The position numbers were made by a program, and so were the translations under genes. Positions 1 through 12,600 of a stretch of DNA of 64,000 bases are shown piece by piece. How positions within the stretch are numbered: the stretch's first letter is position 1; every line of letters starts with the position of its first letter. The stretch spans positions 40,424,001 to 40,488,000 of the forward strand of contig NC_135664.1 in NCBI RefSeq assembly GCF_964188315.1, read 5' to 3'. This DNA is from Podarcis muralis. Taxonomy: Eukaryota. Below the pieces are notes generated by a model, which worked only from the letters and a program-made list of their open reading frames with translations, was not told the DNA's origin and made no database searches.

Positions 1-1051
1 TGAATTAAGGGAGGGAACATGGAAAATTGAAAAGAGGAAAAACAAACAAATGCAGCATTCTTGTACGAAGGCTAGCCCATCATTTGCACCAAATGTGTCA
101 CTCGTTATTTGTATTGTATCCTCTTTATTAGCCTCTCCATTAAACGGATAATGAAAATCAGGTGCCAATGTGAACCTGCATTTATCTCAGATATGTCCTC
201 TGCTGAGCAGTTAGGGTGACTTTTTGGTAATTAGTTTTGATCTCTGATTTGAGGTCTGTTACATATGCGAAACAGTTTCAACAGGCAGTCATAGAAGCAG
301 TTAAGTAGCATTGCAGCAGGAGCATATGGGTGAATTAATTCTCTGTGAGAAAACCTGGAATCAATACTATCAGCCAGAAACATGTTGTGTCCTGTATTTC
401 TTTCATTATCTCCAAATTGTGCTTTATGAACCCTGTGTGGCGAGATGGGAGGTCCAAGGGGGGGGGGGGAGCGAAGGAGAATCATTCTGATGAGACAGGG
501 AAGGAAGGCAGAGAGTGTTCTGCCAATATCTTTTTTTAAAGAGCAAGGAGCAATAACTCCCTTTTTATCTTATGAATTTTGTTGGTAGGGATGAAAGACC
601 TTGCTGGCCCCATAATGAATAAGATTTCAGCATATGTTTGGCAGAAGATGGGGTGGCGGTGGGGATCCTAGATAAAATACATATTTCAGTTCCTCTTCAG
701 GCAGGAAAAAAATAAAACTTTCCAGAAGACGGCAAATATTTGCCTTGAATTTATTTGATTTCAAAATAAAAATAAAATAGCTCCCACCACCCAAATTCAA
801 AACAATCATTGAAGACCTCCTTCCTGTGAGCCTCTCCTCCATTCCTCTGAAGCTTCTGTGTGTCAATTCACATTTTGGGCTTGGGATGTGATTCCCAGTC
901 AGCTGTAGCACTTTGGGGTCATTGTGAAACTCCTGTTATGCCTTTCAAGGTCAGCCTATTTCATTTTTCTGCCTGAGCAAAGGATAAGATGGCTCTGTGC
1001 AACATACATCTCATTCCATACAGAAGCCCACTAGCCTGCCAGTTGTATCAT

Positions 1052-1375
1052 ACCCAGCGTGGTCAGAGTGTTAGACTGGGACAGGGCATCCCAAACTTGG
1101 GTCTCTGGCTGTTTTTGGACTACAATTTCCATCATCCATGACCACTGGTCCTGTTAGCTATGGATGATGGGAGTTGTAGTCCCAACAACAGCTGGAGACC
1201 CAAGTTTGGGAAACCCTGAACTAGGAGTTCAGGGTTCAAATCCCCAGTCAACCATAAAGTTCACTGAGTGATCTTGGGCTAGTTGCTGCCTCTCAGCTGA
1301 ACCTACCTCACAGTGAGGATAAAATGGGGAGTGTGGAAGAACCATATACATCACTTTGAACCCCTTGGAAAATTT
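1052..1375 (+). mobile_element. Squam3/MIR(Ther1)-type tRNA-derived SINE, interrupted by a MITE
   Basis: A-box-like CAGCGTGGTCAGAGTGTTAG, B-box GGTTCAAATCC after the insert, then core GTGATCTTGGGCTAGTTGCTGCCTCTCAGCTGAACCTACCTCACAG resembling the copy at 49137. Confidence 0.65.
1082..1218. mobile_element. Palindromic non-autonomous hAT-type MITE
   Basis: CAGGG..CCCTG ends; arms CCCAAACTTGGGTCTC / GAGACCCAAGTTTGGG; 8-bp flanks GACTGGGA / AACTAGGA (6/8 match). Confidence 0.75.
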
Positions 1376-2704
1376 AGCAGCAGCAGCAGCAGTAGTAATA
1401 ATGTTCTGGTGCCACAGGCCTGTATCCCCCACCACACCTGAGGGAAGCAGATTGGCGGTGCAAAACTGGCCACGTGGCCCACAAAGCTTAGTACACCAAC
1501 ACCTGAGGTGGATGCTTTATCCCTGCTGAATAATAGGACTGGGTCAGATTCCACAGCTATTTCCCACTCATTCCCTTAAGTGCCTTGGGATTCTACTGCT
1601 TAGCTCATGACTGGTATTCTCACTAGACTTTACACTTGCAATCCACGGAAGTAGCAATAGTTGCTGAGGCCTGAGCCAAAGAAGCCACGTTTGTGTCCCT
1701 GCATGATGCAGAAGCCATTATCCATAAGGAAATACCAGGAAAGCTTTGCCAGGGAATATACACGCCCACACAAAAGTTGATTCAGACAGATCCTTATTCC
1801 TTTCAAAACTAAGTTCTGGTTCTCATCTGCTTTTCTGTACTTTTCTGAAATCTGGCCATCATATGGTCCCCAGGAAAATATAGTGCAGGAAATGGCTTTT
1901 GAAATCAATTAACTACTAGGCCTGAAAACATTCAATATGCTTTCAAAGGGAAATCTCTCAATTTGCTAATCCCACAAAAGAACAAGAACTGGCTAACAAG
2001 CCCTTGTCTGTACTCATACGCTGCAACATTCTACTGTCCAGAATTGTTAATTGTACACATTTTATACTATGAAAGTCACAAAAGAACCAAAGATACCAAA
2101 ACTACTGGGTTAATGCCTCAGTGTTTATAGACTTTCCCTCTCCATGAAGCAGCACAGAATCCTAGGACTGGACTGGATGGAAAAGTAATCCAATTCCAAG
2201 CCCTTGGAAGGTGATCAGGGTTGTAATTTGGAGAACGGACACACCACTGTTTTTTTATGCTAGATCAACACTCCCCAAAGGGGAGTGTTGATCTAGCATT
2301 GTTTCTTACAGGAACAATGCCTATTTACCAGAAACAGGTAAGACAATATTCAGTGTGCAATCAATCAACTGTTTTTTTGCAGGAGAAATTGTATAAGCAA
2401 AGGAATATAGAGATGAAAATAACTGATTCAACTCTAATCCATACAAAGCTGAAGAAATAATGAGCCACTGTCAAAATTGTAATTGTGCAGGGTATTTCAT
2501 AACATGAAACTGTCTCATCCATTCAAATTGATGACCAGTTCAGGCTATAATTAGAAATCACACATGTTCTTTGTTGCACATGAATGTGCTGTGTGCTTTG
2601 TTAATCTCTTTTGCTTTGCTTAACCACACAGTGACCAACTGATGTACAATCACAGAACAAAGAATGGTTGATTAAGCAGAAAATTCAAGAATCTAGTCTC
2701 CAAA

Positions 2705-2800
2705 TTCTGTCTCCAATCCTATGCAATTTTGCTCATAATTACACCTCACTGTGTCTAATAGGGTTTAGCACCCAGTAATTGTGCATAGGATCGGAACCTT
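2705..2800. repeat. Degenerate hairpin element
   Basis: CAATCCTATGCAAT ... ATTGTGCATAGGATCG inverted arms. Confidence 0.4.
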
Positions 2801-3120
2801 CGTCGCTCCCCACTTAACATATTTTTTCATCCATCCATCAAATTGAATTCATTAAATAGCTGTCTACTGCAGAATGGCTTTAGTCACTGAAATAATGATG
2901 AATGATCCATGCCAGTCATTTTCTTCTTCGTTGCTAATATTCAGAGCCATCAAGTGGGCTTTTGGTTAAGGCTTTGTGATGTTTTATAAAGGGACACGGT
3001 CATTCGCAGCTAATGAATGAGCATTGGAACAATGTGGAAAGATTGAAATGGTGAAGTGATAATTAAAAGTATCTGAGGGTGCTAGAGAAGAAGCAGACTT
3101 CAGGGCAGGAGACTGATCAG

Positions 3121-3122
<2 letters not shown>

Positions 3123-3163
<41 letters not shown>

Positions 3164-3166
3164 CGC
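3123..3166. repeat. (GT)16(GC)6 microsatellite
   Basis: Direct reading. Confidence 0.95.
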
Positions 3167-3506
3167 TTTCAAAACCTCTGAGTCATTCTCTCTCTTAATA
3201 TTTTTTTTAGTGAGCAAATGTCAGTGGAACACAGCATTTCAAAACTTACTAGTGCCTTTTGCCACTCATAAATAACAGCCTGCTATTACAAGGTAGTTAT
3301 TTAGGACTGCGGGCAGCAAGGGCAGATGAGAAAGTTCTGTAATTGAATGGCATAGATCACTCTGCATGAAGCAAATAAGCTGCCCCCGATGTGCTCTTCT
3401 CCTTAATGAAAGCCTGTCGTCTGCGTCTTGAGAAAGGCATGTGCTCTCCTCTAAGGATAAAAAGGAAGAGCCAATGTCCCCAGGGGGCATCAAAGGACAG
3501 TTAAAG

Positions 3507-3569
3507 CAGTTTCCCAAACTTGGGTCTCCAGCTGTCGTTGGACTAAAACTCCCATCATCCCTGACCACT
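3507..3569. mobile_element. Half copy of the 1082-1218 MITE family
   Basis: CCCAAACTTGGGTCTCCAGCTG..GGACTAAAACTCCCATCATCCCTGACCACT matches the left arm of 1082-1218. Confidence 0.6.
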
Positions 3570-4547
3570 TTTGGCAGGGATTAGTTCCTGAGTGGAACCA
3601 ATCTTTGCCAGGCTTGCATTTGGTGCCAAATTTAAAGGCACTAGATAAAACCACAGTTTGCCAAAGAATGATCAGGAATGCACTCTAAGGCTCCTACCTG
3701 TTCCATCTTTACCTGTCTGACACCTGGTGGCATATATGGTATCAGGTGTGGGGTGAGTGGGCACGGCTTGGGCTGGCTAGACCCAATTAGGCACATGGTT
3801 CAGAACCTGCTCACTGCTGAGGAAAGGGAAATGATTTTCCCCCTTCACCCCAAAATGTTAGCTTCTTCGTGCAAGCTAAAGTAGAAGCTTCATAACAGAA
3901 AACATTAAGAAGGGTATTTGAGGAAATGATGTGGGTGAGTTTGCCTGCGCTTGTGGTTGCTTGGTTACTTGGTGACACATGCCCATTTCTCACCAACAGC
4001 ACTTCTTTCTTCTCCTTGGGTGTCAGGCTTTAGATTTATTAATACCCAGTCCTTCCTCCTTCCCTGCAGCCTTGATTGCCTTTATCTCCCCAGGACAATC
4101 TGCAAGTTGTTCCTGCCATCCTTGGTCATGCTGGCTCTTCAGTTTAGATAAGACCTTCAGATAGTTTCACGGCTGAATCTGACACATAAACAACTGCGTG
4201 GGATGTTAGAAGCACTGGAGCATGAGATAGCGAAAGCCCTTTTTACGCTTCCGATGTTAGTGCTTTGCCATGATCAATGAGAATTTGAAGATGGGGAATG
4301 GAATCCTTGTTTGGATCACATGGCCATTTTGTATTCCTAAACAAAGAGAGAGTATGTGGTCTCTTATTGACAGCCATGGCGTCATAGGCCCTCCCTTGCT
4401 TCCTGCACCTGTCTTGATGTTTGAGGGGGTGTGGGAATGGGGGGGGGGTGTCATAATAATCCATGGTGGCTCCAGGGTCACCCATATCCACTGCCAGATT
4501 TGAGACAGCAAGAAGCACATAAAATATTGACACTCTTGTTGTACCTG

Positions 4548-4550
<3 letters not shown>

Positions 4551-4586
<36 letters not shown>
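4551..4586. repeat. (AC)18 microsatellite
   Basis: Direct reading. Confidence 0.95.
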
Positions 4587-4589
<3 letters not shown>

Positions 4590-4590
4590 C

Positions 4591-4800
4591 CACATTTATA
4601 TCCCATCTTTCCTCCAGGGAGCTCATGGTGGCATACAAGGTTCTCTTCTTCCCCAGTGTATCCTCACAACAACCCTGTGAGGTATTAGGATAAGAGATGG
4701 TGACTGGTCCAAGGTCACCCAGTGATGGCTGAGCAAAGGATTGAACCCTGTTCTTTCAGGTTCCAGTCCAATGCAAAAACCAGTACGCTGAACACCACCG
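4591..4800 (-). mobile_element. Squam3/MIR-type SINE
   Basis: CATTTATATCCCATCTTTCC tail, CTCACAACAACCCTGTGAGGTA core, CCAAGGTCACCCAG, GGATTGAACCC B-box (reverse). Confidence 0.7.
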
Positions 4801-6132
4801 CTTCAGAAAACAAGAGGGGAACTGACTAGTAGAATGTTGTATGTTAAAAGCAAGTCTGTGGAAACCATAGCAGAGAGAAAAATATAGCACAGGCTTCTGT
4901 GATTTGCTATATACAGTATGAACAGTATTCCATATATGTAAAATACAATCTTGCTTTAGGCACTGTTTGCTTAAAATCAGAATAGCTGTGCCATTCAACA
5001 ATTCTAAGCATGTAGCTCAGCTTGTTTGATTTCATCATAAACTCTCAAGTTAGTGTGCTTGAGCTCTTTGCCTATATATCCTAGAATAGTGCACAATTTA
5101 ATACTGAGCATATCTAATTGCATTTCAGCAACATTAATACTTCTGGCATAGACCAAGCCAAGTCAGAGAAATCCTAGAGTCGAAACAGGTCATTTTCTTG
5201 CCTGAAGGACTTCCTGACTTTTGCCTGTTTTCCGTGAGATCATGACTGTGATCTAAATGCTGCTTCAGTCTGTGAATTGAATTTTCTTTTAATTTGAACA
5301 TCTCTTATATTCATTTGTGGTTTCTTTGCCTTCATCAATCAATCCATTAGCCCAAGTAACTTCCTCTGCTTCCAGAAGATATCCCTGGATTATGTCATGA
5401 TTCAATTCCCCACTGTCCTCACCAAGCTAATGTGTTTTCGCATGTGAGAAGGATCGCTTACACAGAGGAGTGAGATTCGGCCAGGAAGATATGACTTCCA
5501 TCTGCCATAAGCCTGATTCCATTTGCAGAAATCAATCTCCTGCTGGATGGTTTTGAAGCCACGGTGCATGTGATAGCCAGGGCAATGGAGAGTGCAGTGA
5601 TTTTCTGTCAGGATAAAAAGGGAGAGCAAATTTCTCCCTGCTATCAGAAAGCCAAGGTGACTTTCCTTTTTGGTTGCACAAAATCCAAAGTGGGGGAAGC
5701 CGAGTTCCATAAGATGGACTGAACCCAATAGAAACTTTGATTAGTTTTTCGTTTAAAAAAACCTGAGGGTCGCAGGAGTATGTGACTCTTGCTCCTGCTC
5801 CTACTTTCTGACTGAACAAAAAGAGTTGAACATTTACTGTGTGCTTTGGAAAGTTTTTTGTTTGCTTTGTATTTAGACACTACTTAAGATATCATAACAA
5901 ATTTTTTCATTATGGTTCCTTCGATTAAGGCACAGGTTTTCATCTATGTTTGGATACAAGTGGATGCCATTTTGAAGCAAGATGGCAAAAATTTACAATT
6001 TTTTTGCAGTGTTAACATATCTTCAATGTATACTCCTCTCCCCCCCCTCCCTTCATAATGTATCCATGCTCTATTAATTGACTATCTGATGCTCTTAAGG
6101 TTTTAAGAAAACTCATTCTGAATGACTAAAGC

Positions 6133-6278
6133 CAGTGCTTTTTTTCTGGGGGGACGCAGGGGGACGCATACCCCTAAACATTTTGTGAATCTAAGTTTGG
6201 TCTCATTAACGGGCAGTATTTCAATATGAGTAGGAAAATGAGAGTACCCCTAAACATCTTTTTAAGAATAAAGCACTG
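6133..6278. mobile_element. hAT-type MITE
   Basis: TIR CAGTGCTTT..AAAGCACTG; perfect 8-bp TSD ACTAAAGC at 6125-6132 and 6279-6286. Confidence 0.85.
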
Positions 6279-7277
6279 ACTAAAGCATTTAACATGCTTC
6301 AGCTTCACACTGAAAAGGTGAGTTATTTTTTTAAAACACAAGCCTCTGTGGTCAGCAATATATCTTTTATAACGTTATTCATTGCTTTTTCTAAAAATTC
6401 ATGTTTTCTGGAAGACCAGGAGTGAAACAAGTGGAAATGGAAAACGAAATTGAATAGATGGAACCTCATTAAGCACAAAATTACTCAACAAAACCCATCC
6501 TGAATCAATTAATCACAGTGTATCATTACTTTAATTTTCTGATACTGCTACAATCAAAAGAGCAGCCATTTGCATAGCTTTTTATATTAATAAATGCAAG
6601 TGCATTTGTTTATAGCTATTGAAATACATAATTTTAGACACATTAATTAAATCCATTCAGCCTTCCTCTGCACGCATTAAACTGAAAACTAAAGCAGCCA
6701 AAATTGGGTGAGCACAACAACAAAACCCATTTTGCTCATCATCCTTTTAATTCCCTTGCTTTTGAAAGAGAATGCTGAAGACAGGAAAGATGGAGGTGGG
6801 TAGACGCATTACGCAGAAGAGCAACAGTTTTAGGAATGAACATTCATGCTTTGAAATGGAACTCAGCAGTACATGAACTATGGAAGCCACAGAGTGACTG
6901 GGGAAACCCAGCCAGATGGGTGGGGTACAAAAAATTTATCATTATCACATGGTCGTATAACATGGGAAAACAATTAAGATACTAGTGGCAATCTCACTGG
7001 ATTCCTTCTGTTTCTTCTCACAAATAACAAAAACAAAGGCTCTCCTCCCTTTCTCCTGTGCTTGCTTCATCAGTGGAGGAAGACACTGTGTCCACCACCA
7101 ACTATGGATGAACTGATCTTGTGCCACACATGGGCAGAAACAGTTGGGCTTTATAATTCTCACCCAACAATGGCCCCTTCATTCTGCTCATGGTGTCCAC
7201 GCAACTGGGATGAATGTGAGGTGATTGCTGCTATTGAGGGCATAGTACAATTCCCTCCCCCCGCTGGATGTATAGAT

Positions 7278-7485
7278 CAGGGGTGAGAAGCCTCCAGTCT
7301 GTGGACCTAAATGGGTCACCTGACTACTTTGGCCAAGCCACATGCACCTGCTGGTCACTGACATCATCAGGAATGGGCAGGTAAAAGGGCAGCTGGGCTG
7401 AGTCCAAAGGGGCTTCTGAAGAACCGACAATTGTCTGATATTCAAGAGGCTCTACACTTGAGCTTTCAGCAGTTTTGCACACCTG
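7278..7485. mobile_element. Degenerate hAT-like non-autonomous element
   Basis: CAGGGGTG.. and ..GCACACCTG termini; no TSD found. Confidence 0.35.
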
Positions 7486-9329
7486 GCTTCTGAAGTGCTG
7501 AAGCTGGCAGGTTTATTTGTGAACCTCTTGCAAAAAGCTCGGGATGCCACTTTGAAGTGTCAATGATCAGCTAATTGCCAGCTCTTCAAACCACAGTGTG
7601 CAACAATGGAGTTCTGCACAGCACTTTGACTTCCAAACAATCAGATGCTCTCTCCCCAAGGTTTCTTGCCTCTGCCTAGAGCGTTCTCCTGGAAACAGCT
7701 GCCCTAGGAAAGCTCTCAGAACTGGTGGTTGGGAGCTAGAGAGGTGGAAACAGCCATCCCTCGCAAGCAGAGTGAGTTACAAGAACCTGGTTCAGAGTTG
7801 GAATATACACAGAAGGGTTTAAAATTTGGAGTTAAGCCTTGTCCTGTGCTGCTTCTGCAAAGGGCACATGTAAAGGCTCATACATGTTACCAAGAGTCCT
7901 TGCAAGCATGGGCCTCAGCCACACATTCAAACCTACACATTTAGTTTATGCACACCGAGAGGCACTGCAGATGAGCAAGCGTGCAGGCAGGCACCAAGCT
8001 TGCAGATATGATTCCTCCTCCCCGGTGCGCTTGTTGTTTGCATGTCCCGACACATGAGGCTTAGTTTATTTGCTCCGTGCAACAAGACGATTCAAGCAAC
8101 AAAGTGATTCATTTTGCTTAATTTAAGGAGTTCATAACAGCACATATGCATACATATTGCTAATCATGATCAGGTATAAAAGAAGTATACAATATATTCC
8201 AGACAACTGATTGATTGAACTTTAAAGTTTTGATTCCCACAAACTTTAAAGCACTTTATAATTTGGAATTGAAAAACATGTGCCTACATCAGGTCTTTTA
8301 GTGTTTGCTCTGTATGAAGTATTGTGAAACTGTGGCGATTGCCCATAAAAACATTGGTAAACACAGTCTAATACTCTCATAGTAGCTTCTCATAAACTGT
8401 CATGTTTCTCTTGTTGTGTATTTGCATGCAAGTTTAGGATGATAATTCAGACATTAATATTTATTTTAAAAGGTTGTGCACAGAAATTCTCAAGGATCAT
8501 ATTTTATAGTTGGATCTTAGTTGTCCTTTTCCTCTTATGGGGGAACAGCTGCAGAGCATTGATTAAATGGGGTATGTACATGTGTCTATGCAGTGTCTGT
8601 ATTAACTCTGGACTATGTGATCTCCATCCTATTTTAGCTTCAAACCAAAAATGTTTACAGGGGGAATGTTTTCATATCATGAAAGAAAATCATAGCGGGG
8701 GAAATTTCTGCCTCAAATATATTCAGTTGTGCATGTTGTATTCTGTGGTGCTGTGCAATTTATAGTGTTTAGAGGCTGTCTCCATCTGAATGGGAAATAT
8801 TGGGTCTTGTTATCATAAAGACTACTGCAGACTGTTCCCAGGAGATTGACTCTCCCACATTCAAGAGAATGTGTATCTTCTGGAAATGTGCATGAATCAG
8901 AAGAGCCCTAAAGAGTGGGTGGAGCTGAGGAGCAACGTGGTTTGTTGTTGTTTTTTACTGAGGCAGAGAAAGGACAATCATCCCATGTGGGCATAAAAGT
9001 AGTATGCAAAATGGACACAGGATACTGGAAAAACTCCATCTTCTTTAGCCAGCAATGAGCTCTGAACTGTGGCTGCATGAAACTGAAAAATAGATTTATG
9101 GGTGCTCGATAGCAATCATTAACTGTGTAAGAGTTCTGATTCAATGGATTAATGTGTGTTGAATGTCTGCAAATGCATATAATTATATAACATGCGTGGA
9201 TCTGGGTTTCTTATATTGATGGCCTGCTTTTGGACCCAAATGCTCTCAAAGGCAACAATTCCATTCCAAAGGCTTAGGGCACAATCCCAAAGGTCCCTGC
9301 AAAGGCACCCTGTGGTATTCAGAATATTT

Positions 9330-9615
9330 CTCCCTCTGAAGGCTTCTCCACACTTCTGCTGCTCCTTTGTCTGAGCAATTTTCCACTTGCCCCATGCTTT
9401 CTAGGCATAAGTCTGAGCAGTTTTGTCTTTGCCCCACTGCTTTCCCCCAGAAAACTCACTCTTTAGCACTGGATCGGAGTAAATCCCCAGAAAACCCGAC
9501 TGACGTTTGCTCTGATCCAGCAGTAAGCAGCAGGTTTTCAGGGGAAGGTGATGGGGGCAAGCAGGAGTGTGGACGTACCCTGAGCAGAGTAGGAAGGCTA
9601 CTCTCAGAGGGGGAG
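9330..9615. repeat. Long degenerate palindrome (foldback element)
   Basis: Core arms 9429-9483 and 9506-9560 are imperfect reverse complements; outer CTCCCTCTGA..TCAGAGGGGGAG. Confidence 0.6.
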
Positions 9616-12600
9616 ATCCATCCTCAGAAGCACACCCTCTTAGCCAGCATTGAAAATACTGGTGCTCCCCAAACTCTGGACCAATCGCCTGGTGTAGAAC
9701 AGAAAGTGCCTCCTAGAATGACTGGGGAAACCCAGTTAGATGGTCAGGATAATAATAAAATTATTATTGGCATTGGTATTGTCTTGGAGAAAACCTCCTT
9801 AAAAGTGAATGCAGGGGGAGGCCAAAAGCAGGGAAAGAAAAGATGAAAATCCACTCTCCTTTCATCTTCTACCCTGCTAATGACAGAATGGCAGTGTTTG
9901 GGTATAGCTCCCTCTCTAGTAATATTGCTCTGCCTTCCATTTTGAAATGCATGATTGTGGTATATGCACATGCATGCACACACACATGCATATTATTTTC
10001 ACTTATTTATTGAATATTTTGTTAAATTTATATCTTTCTCTTCCTCCCAATAAAGCCAAGGGCAGCAACATTTACTGGGATATTTAATCAAATAAAGCCA
10101 AGAAGGTTAAAGATTGTCAAAATATTATCCTTATTATGGTCAAGTTCATTCTTTGTTCAAATAAAAGTATGTCCAGCCAACAAATCTGCAATGCAGTAAT
10201 GTGAAACCATTCCCTGTTTCCTTTTTTTTAAAAAAAGTACTCTTCTCGGAAAAGAAAAAAAACCACTGTGATAGCCAGGGCATTAAACCGCAATCAAGAT
10301 ATGCAAATGCATCCCTAAATGTGATTTGCTTGGAAAGAGAAATTAATCTAAGCGTTGTCAAATAAACAGTGTGAAATATAGATAATTAAACACCAAATTA
10401 GCAGTTGTAGCCTCACGAGAAGGTTATGCAACTTAAAAGGTCCCCCATCTCGAGGCAGAATGTGGCCACCTAATATCAAAACACTGAGTGATGCACAACC
10501 CAGGCGAGCATCTCAAAACAACAGACTTAGTCAACCTTTGTAAGTTATTTTCCAAGAGTGTCAATAATATGAATAATATGCTGATAGGATACGTTGCTCT
10601 GTTTGTCTATACAGATCATTGGGTTATTGCACAATACGAGATGCTGGAATGCAAACAGATTGACTTCAGTGCCAGACTAGGCTAATTCATACTGAGATGC
10701 TGAAACCATACATCCAAATAACACAGAAAAGTAAGTAGAACTAGCACAAAGACAGCTATCCCAATGTGCAGCACAAGAAATCGTTCCAATAATGCAGTAA
10801 GGTAGTACATGTATTATGTAGTGGCAGAGAAAATATGGGAAACTTTTCTTGGCATAAACAGTCTTGCTCGCCAAATGGAGCACATGGGTCACAGGCTTCC
10901 TCCAGCTTGGCCACACAGAGCTACACAGAGGCATGACTTTCTAGAGCAATAACCTGATCTTAGGTGGCCCATTTTTGCTTAGCACTGTGTACAGAAGCCG
11001 CAACAATCAGTGGTAGACTTTGGTACCTCAAATTTCAGTAGCACACTACGATGCCAAAATCTGGTGTCCCCTTTGCCTCTCTCCTTCTGTTGGACTTCAT
11101 AATTGCAGGACCCGCTGCAGGATCCTAGAAGCTCCACATCCAAACTGGTCAAAGCTCAATGGACCACATTTTACAAGCTTGCATAGCACACTGCACAGTG
11201 CTTTGCTAGCCCCAACATCATTGTGAAGTCAGGTGACTGGCGGGCAGCCCCATCCACCCATCAGACTTGGCCCACAGGGTTTAAGGAAGATCAGACTCCA
11301 ATTCACTGGTTGGATCCAGTTCCTCACACCCAATATAGCCAATCAAGCATGATGTTGTTTCTTAAATTAATACACCTGATGTGTTTGTGTATATTCATAT
11401 ATTTATCTGCCAAGTTGAAATGCCACATGGAGTCTAACTTCAAGTTGGGTATTGCAGTGTAAATTAAAAAATAAGAACATAGCAACAAACATTTGCTCCA
11501 GAGGGAGAGAGAAATCACTGATGTGAAAATGCAAACAGTTGATCCAGTGCTAATTATTGCCTTTATATAACAGTTTGTTGTGGTTCTGTTGAAGGTGTTT
11601 CTGAATAAAACAAGATATGATAATGACACCAGGGATCGGGTCCCCCGTAGGGATAGCAACATTACCCAGTAATATTGACAGCATGTTCTGTTACCATTAC
11701 TAAGGAAGATAATGCCTATCAAAACTTATGAGTAACATGTCAAAAGACATGACTCCCTGCAGGGGAAATCTTTAATTAAGAGAAAAATATTAGATAGTTT
11801 TGAAATCCTGCGATGGGCAACCTTTGCTCCCTTACTACTTTCCTTCAGTCATGTTTATTATAAATATGGCAATTAGACACCTTTATAAACAAATGTCAGG
11901 CGTATCCTACCTGCTAGTGGTTGACTGCAATGCTGTCCTTTAGGGGCTCCAGCCCACAAAAGGACACATGGACCTTCTGTCTCTGAGCCCAAACTGGTTG
12001 CGTATGTCCCTTCCCCTCCAAGGCCTGCCACATTCTAGAACAAAACAAAGCAGAACAAAAAACGCAATCAAAATACATTTTGGTAAATGTCAGAAACTCT
12101 GTGAATGTTGGCATTTCCTGATAATTCTAACATTTCAGGAAGCCAGTAGGACATGCTGACTTTCACTGGGAAATTTCTCCGCTCTCCCAAATGCCTTTTG
12201 CTAATGTTCAACTTTCACCCCAAGTCGAATGATGATATTTTGCGTGGTCGTTGGGTAATGTCCAAAACACACCTTATGACACAAGCCTTTCTGACTGTGT
12301 TGCACGTCTCTAGCAACCCTTTTACTCAGCTAGTCCCAGTCTTAAGATTAAAGCAACACCAAGAAAAGGGATGTTTCACAAATGAGACATGCAGCAAAAC
12401 ATTGCTCCTGTTTAGGGTTTCATTCACACTGTAAATTTTAGTCGCAGAGTCTAAATCCGATGCAAAACCTTACGAATTACTGTGTTGCTGAAATGTTTTG
12501 GAGCAGAAAGGTTAAGCCAGTTTGAGCTTTGGATGAGAGGTGCTTCCTAAGGAATATTTCGCAGTGAGCCGGGAGAGGGGAGGGGGCTTGGGAAGAAGGG

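Noticed and set aside
9367-9846. 159-aa ORF
   Set aside because: Overlies a palindromic repeat; no recognisable domain, no convincing splice or Kozak context
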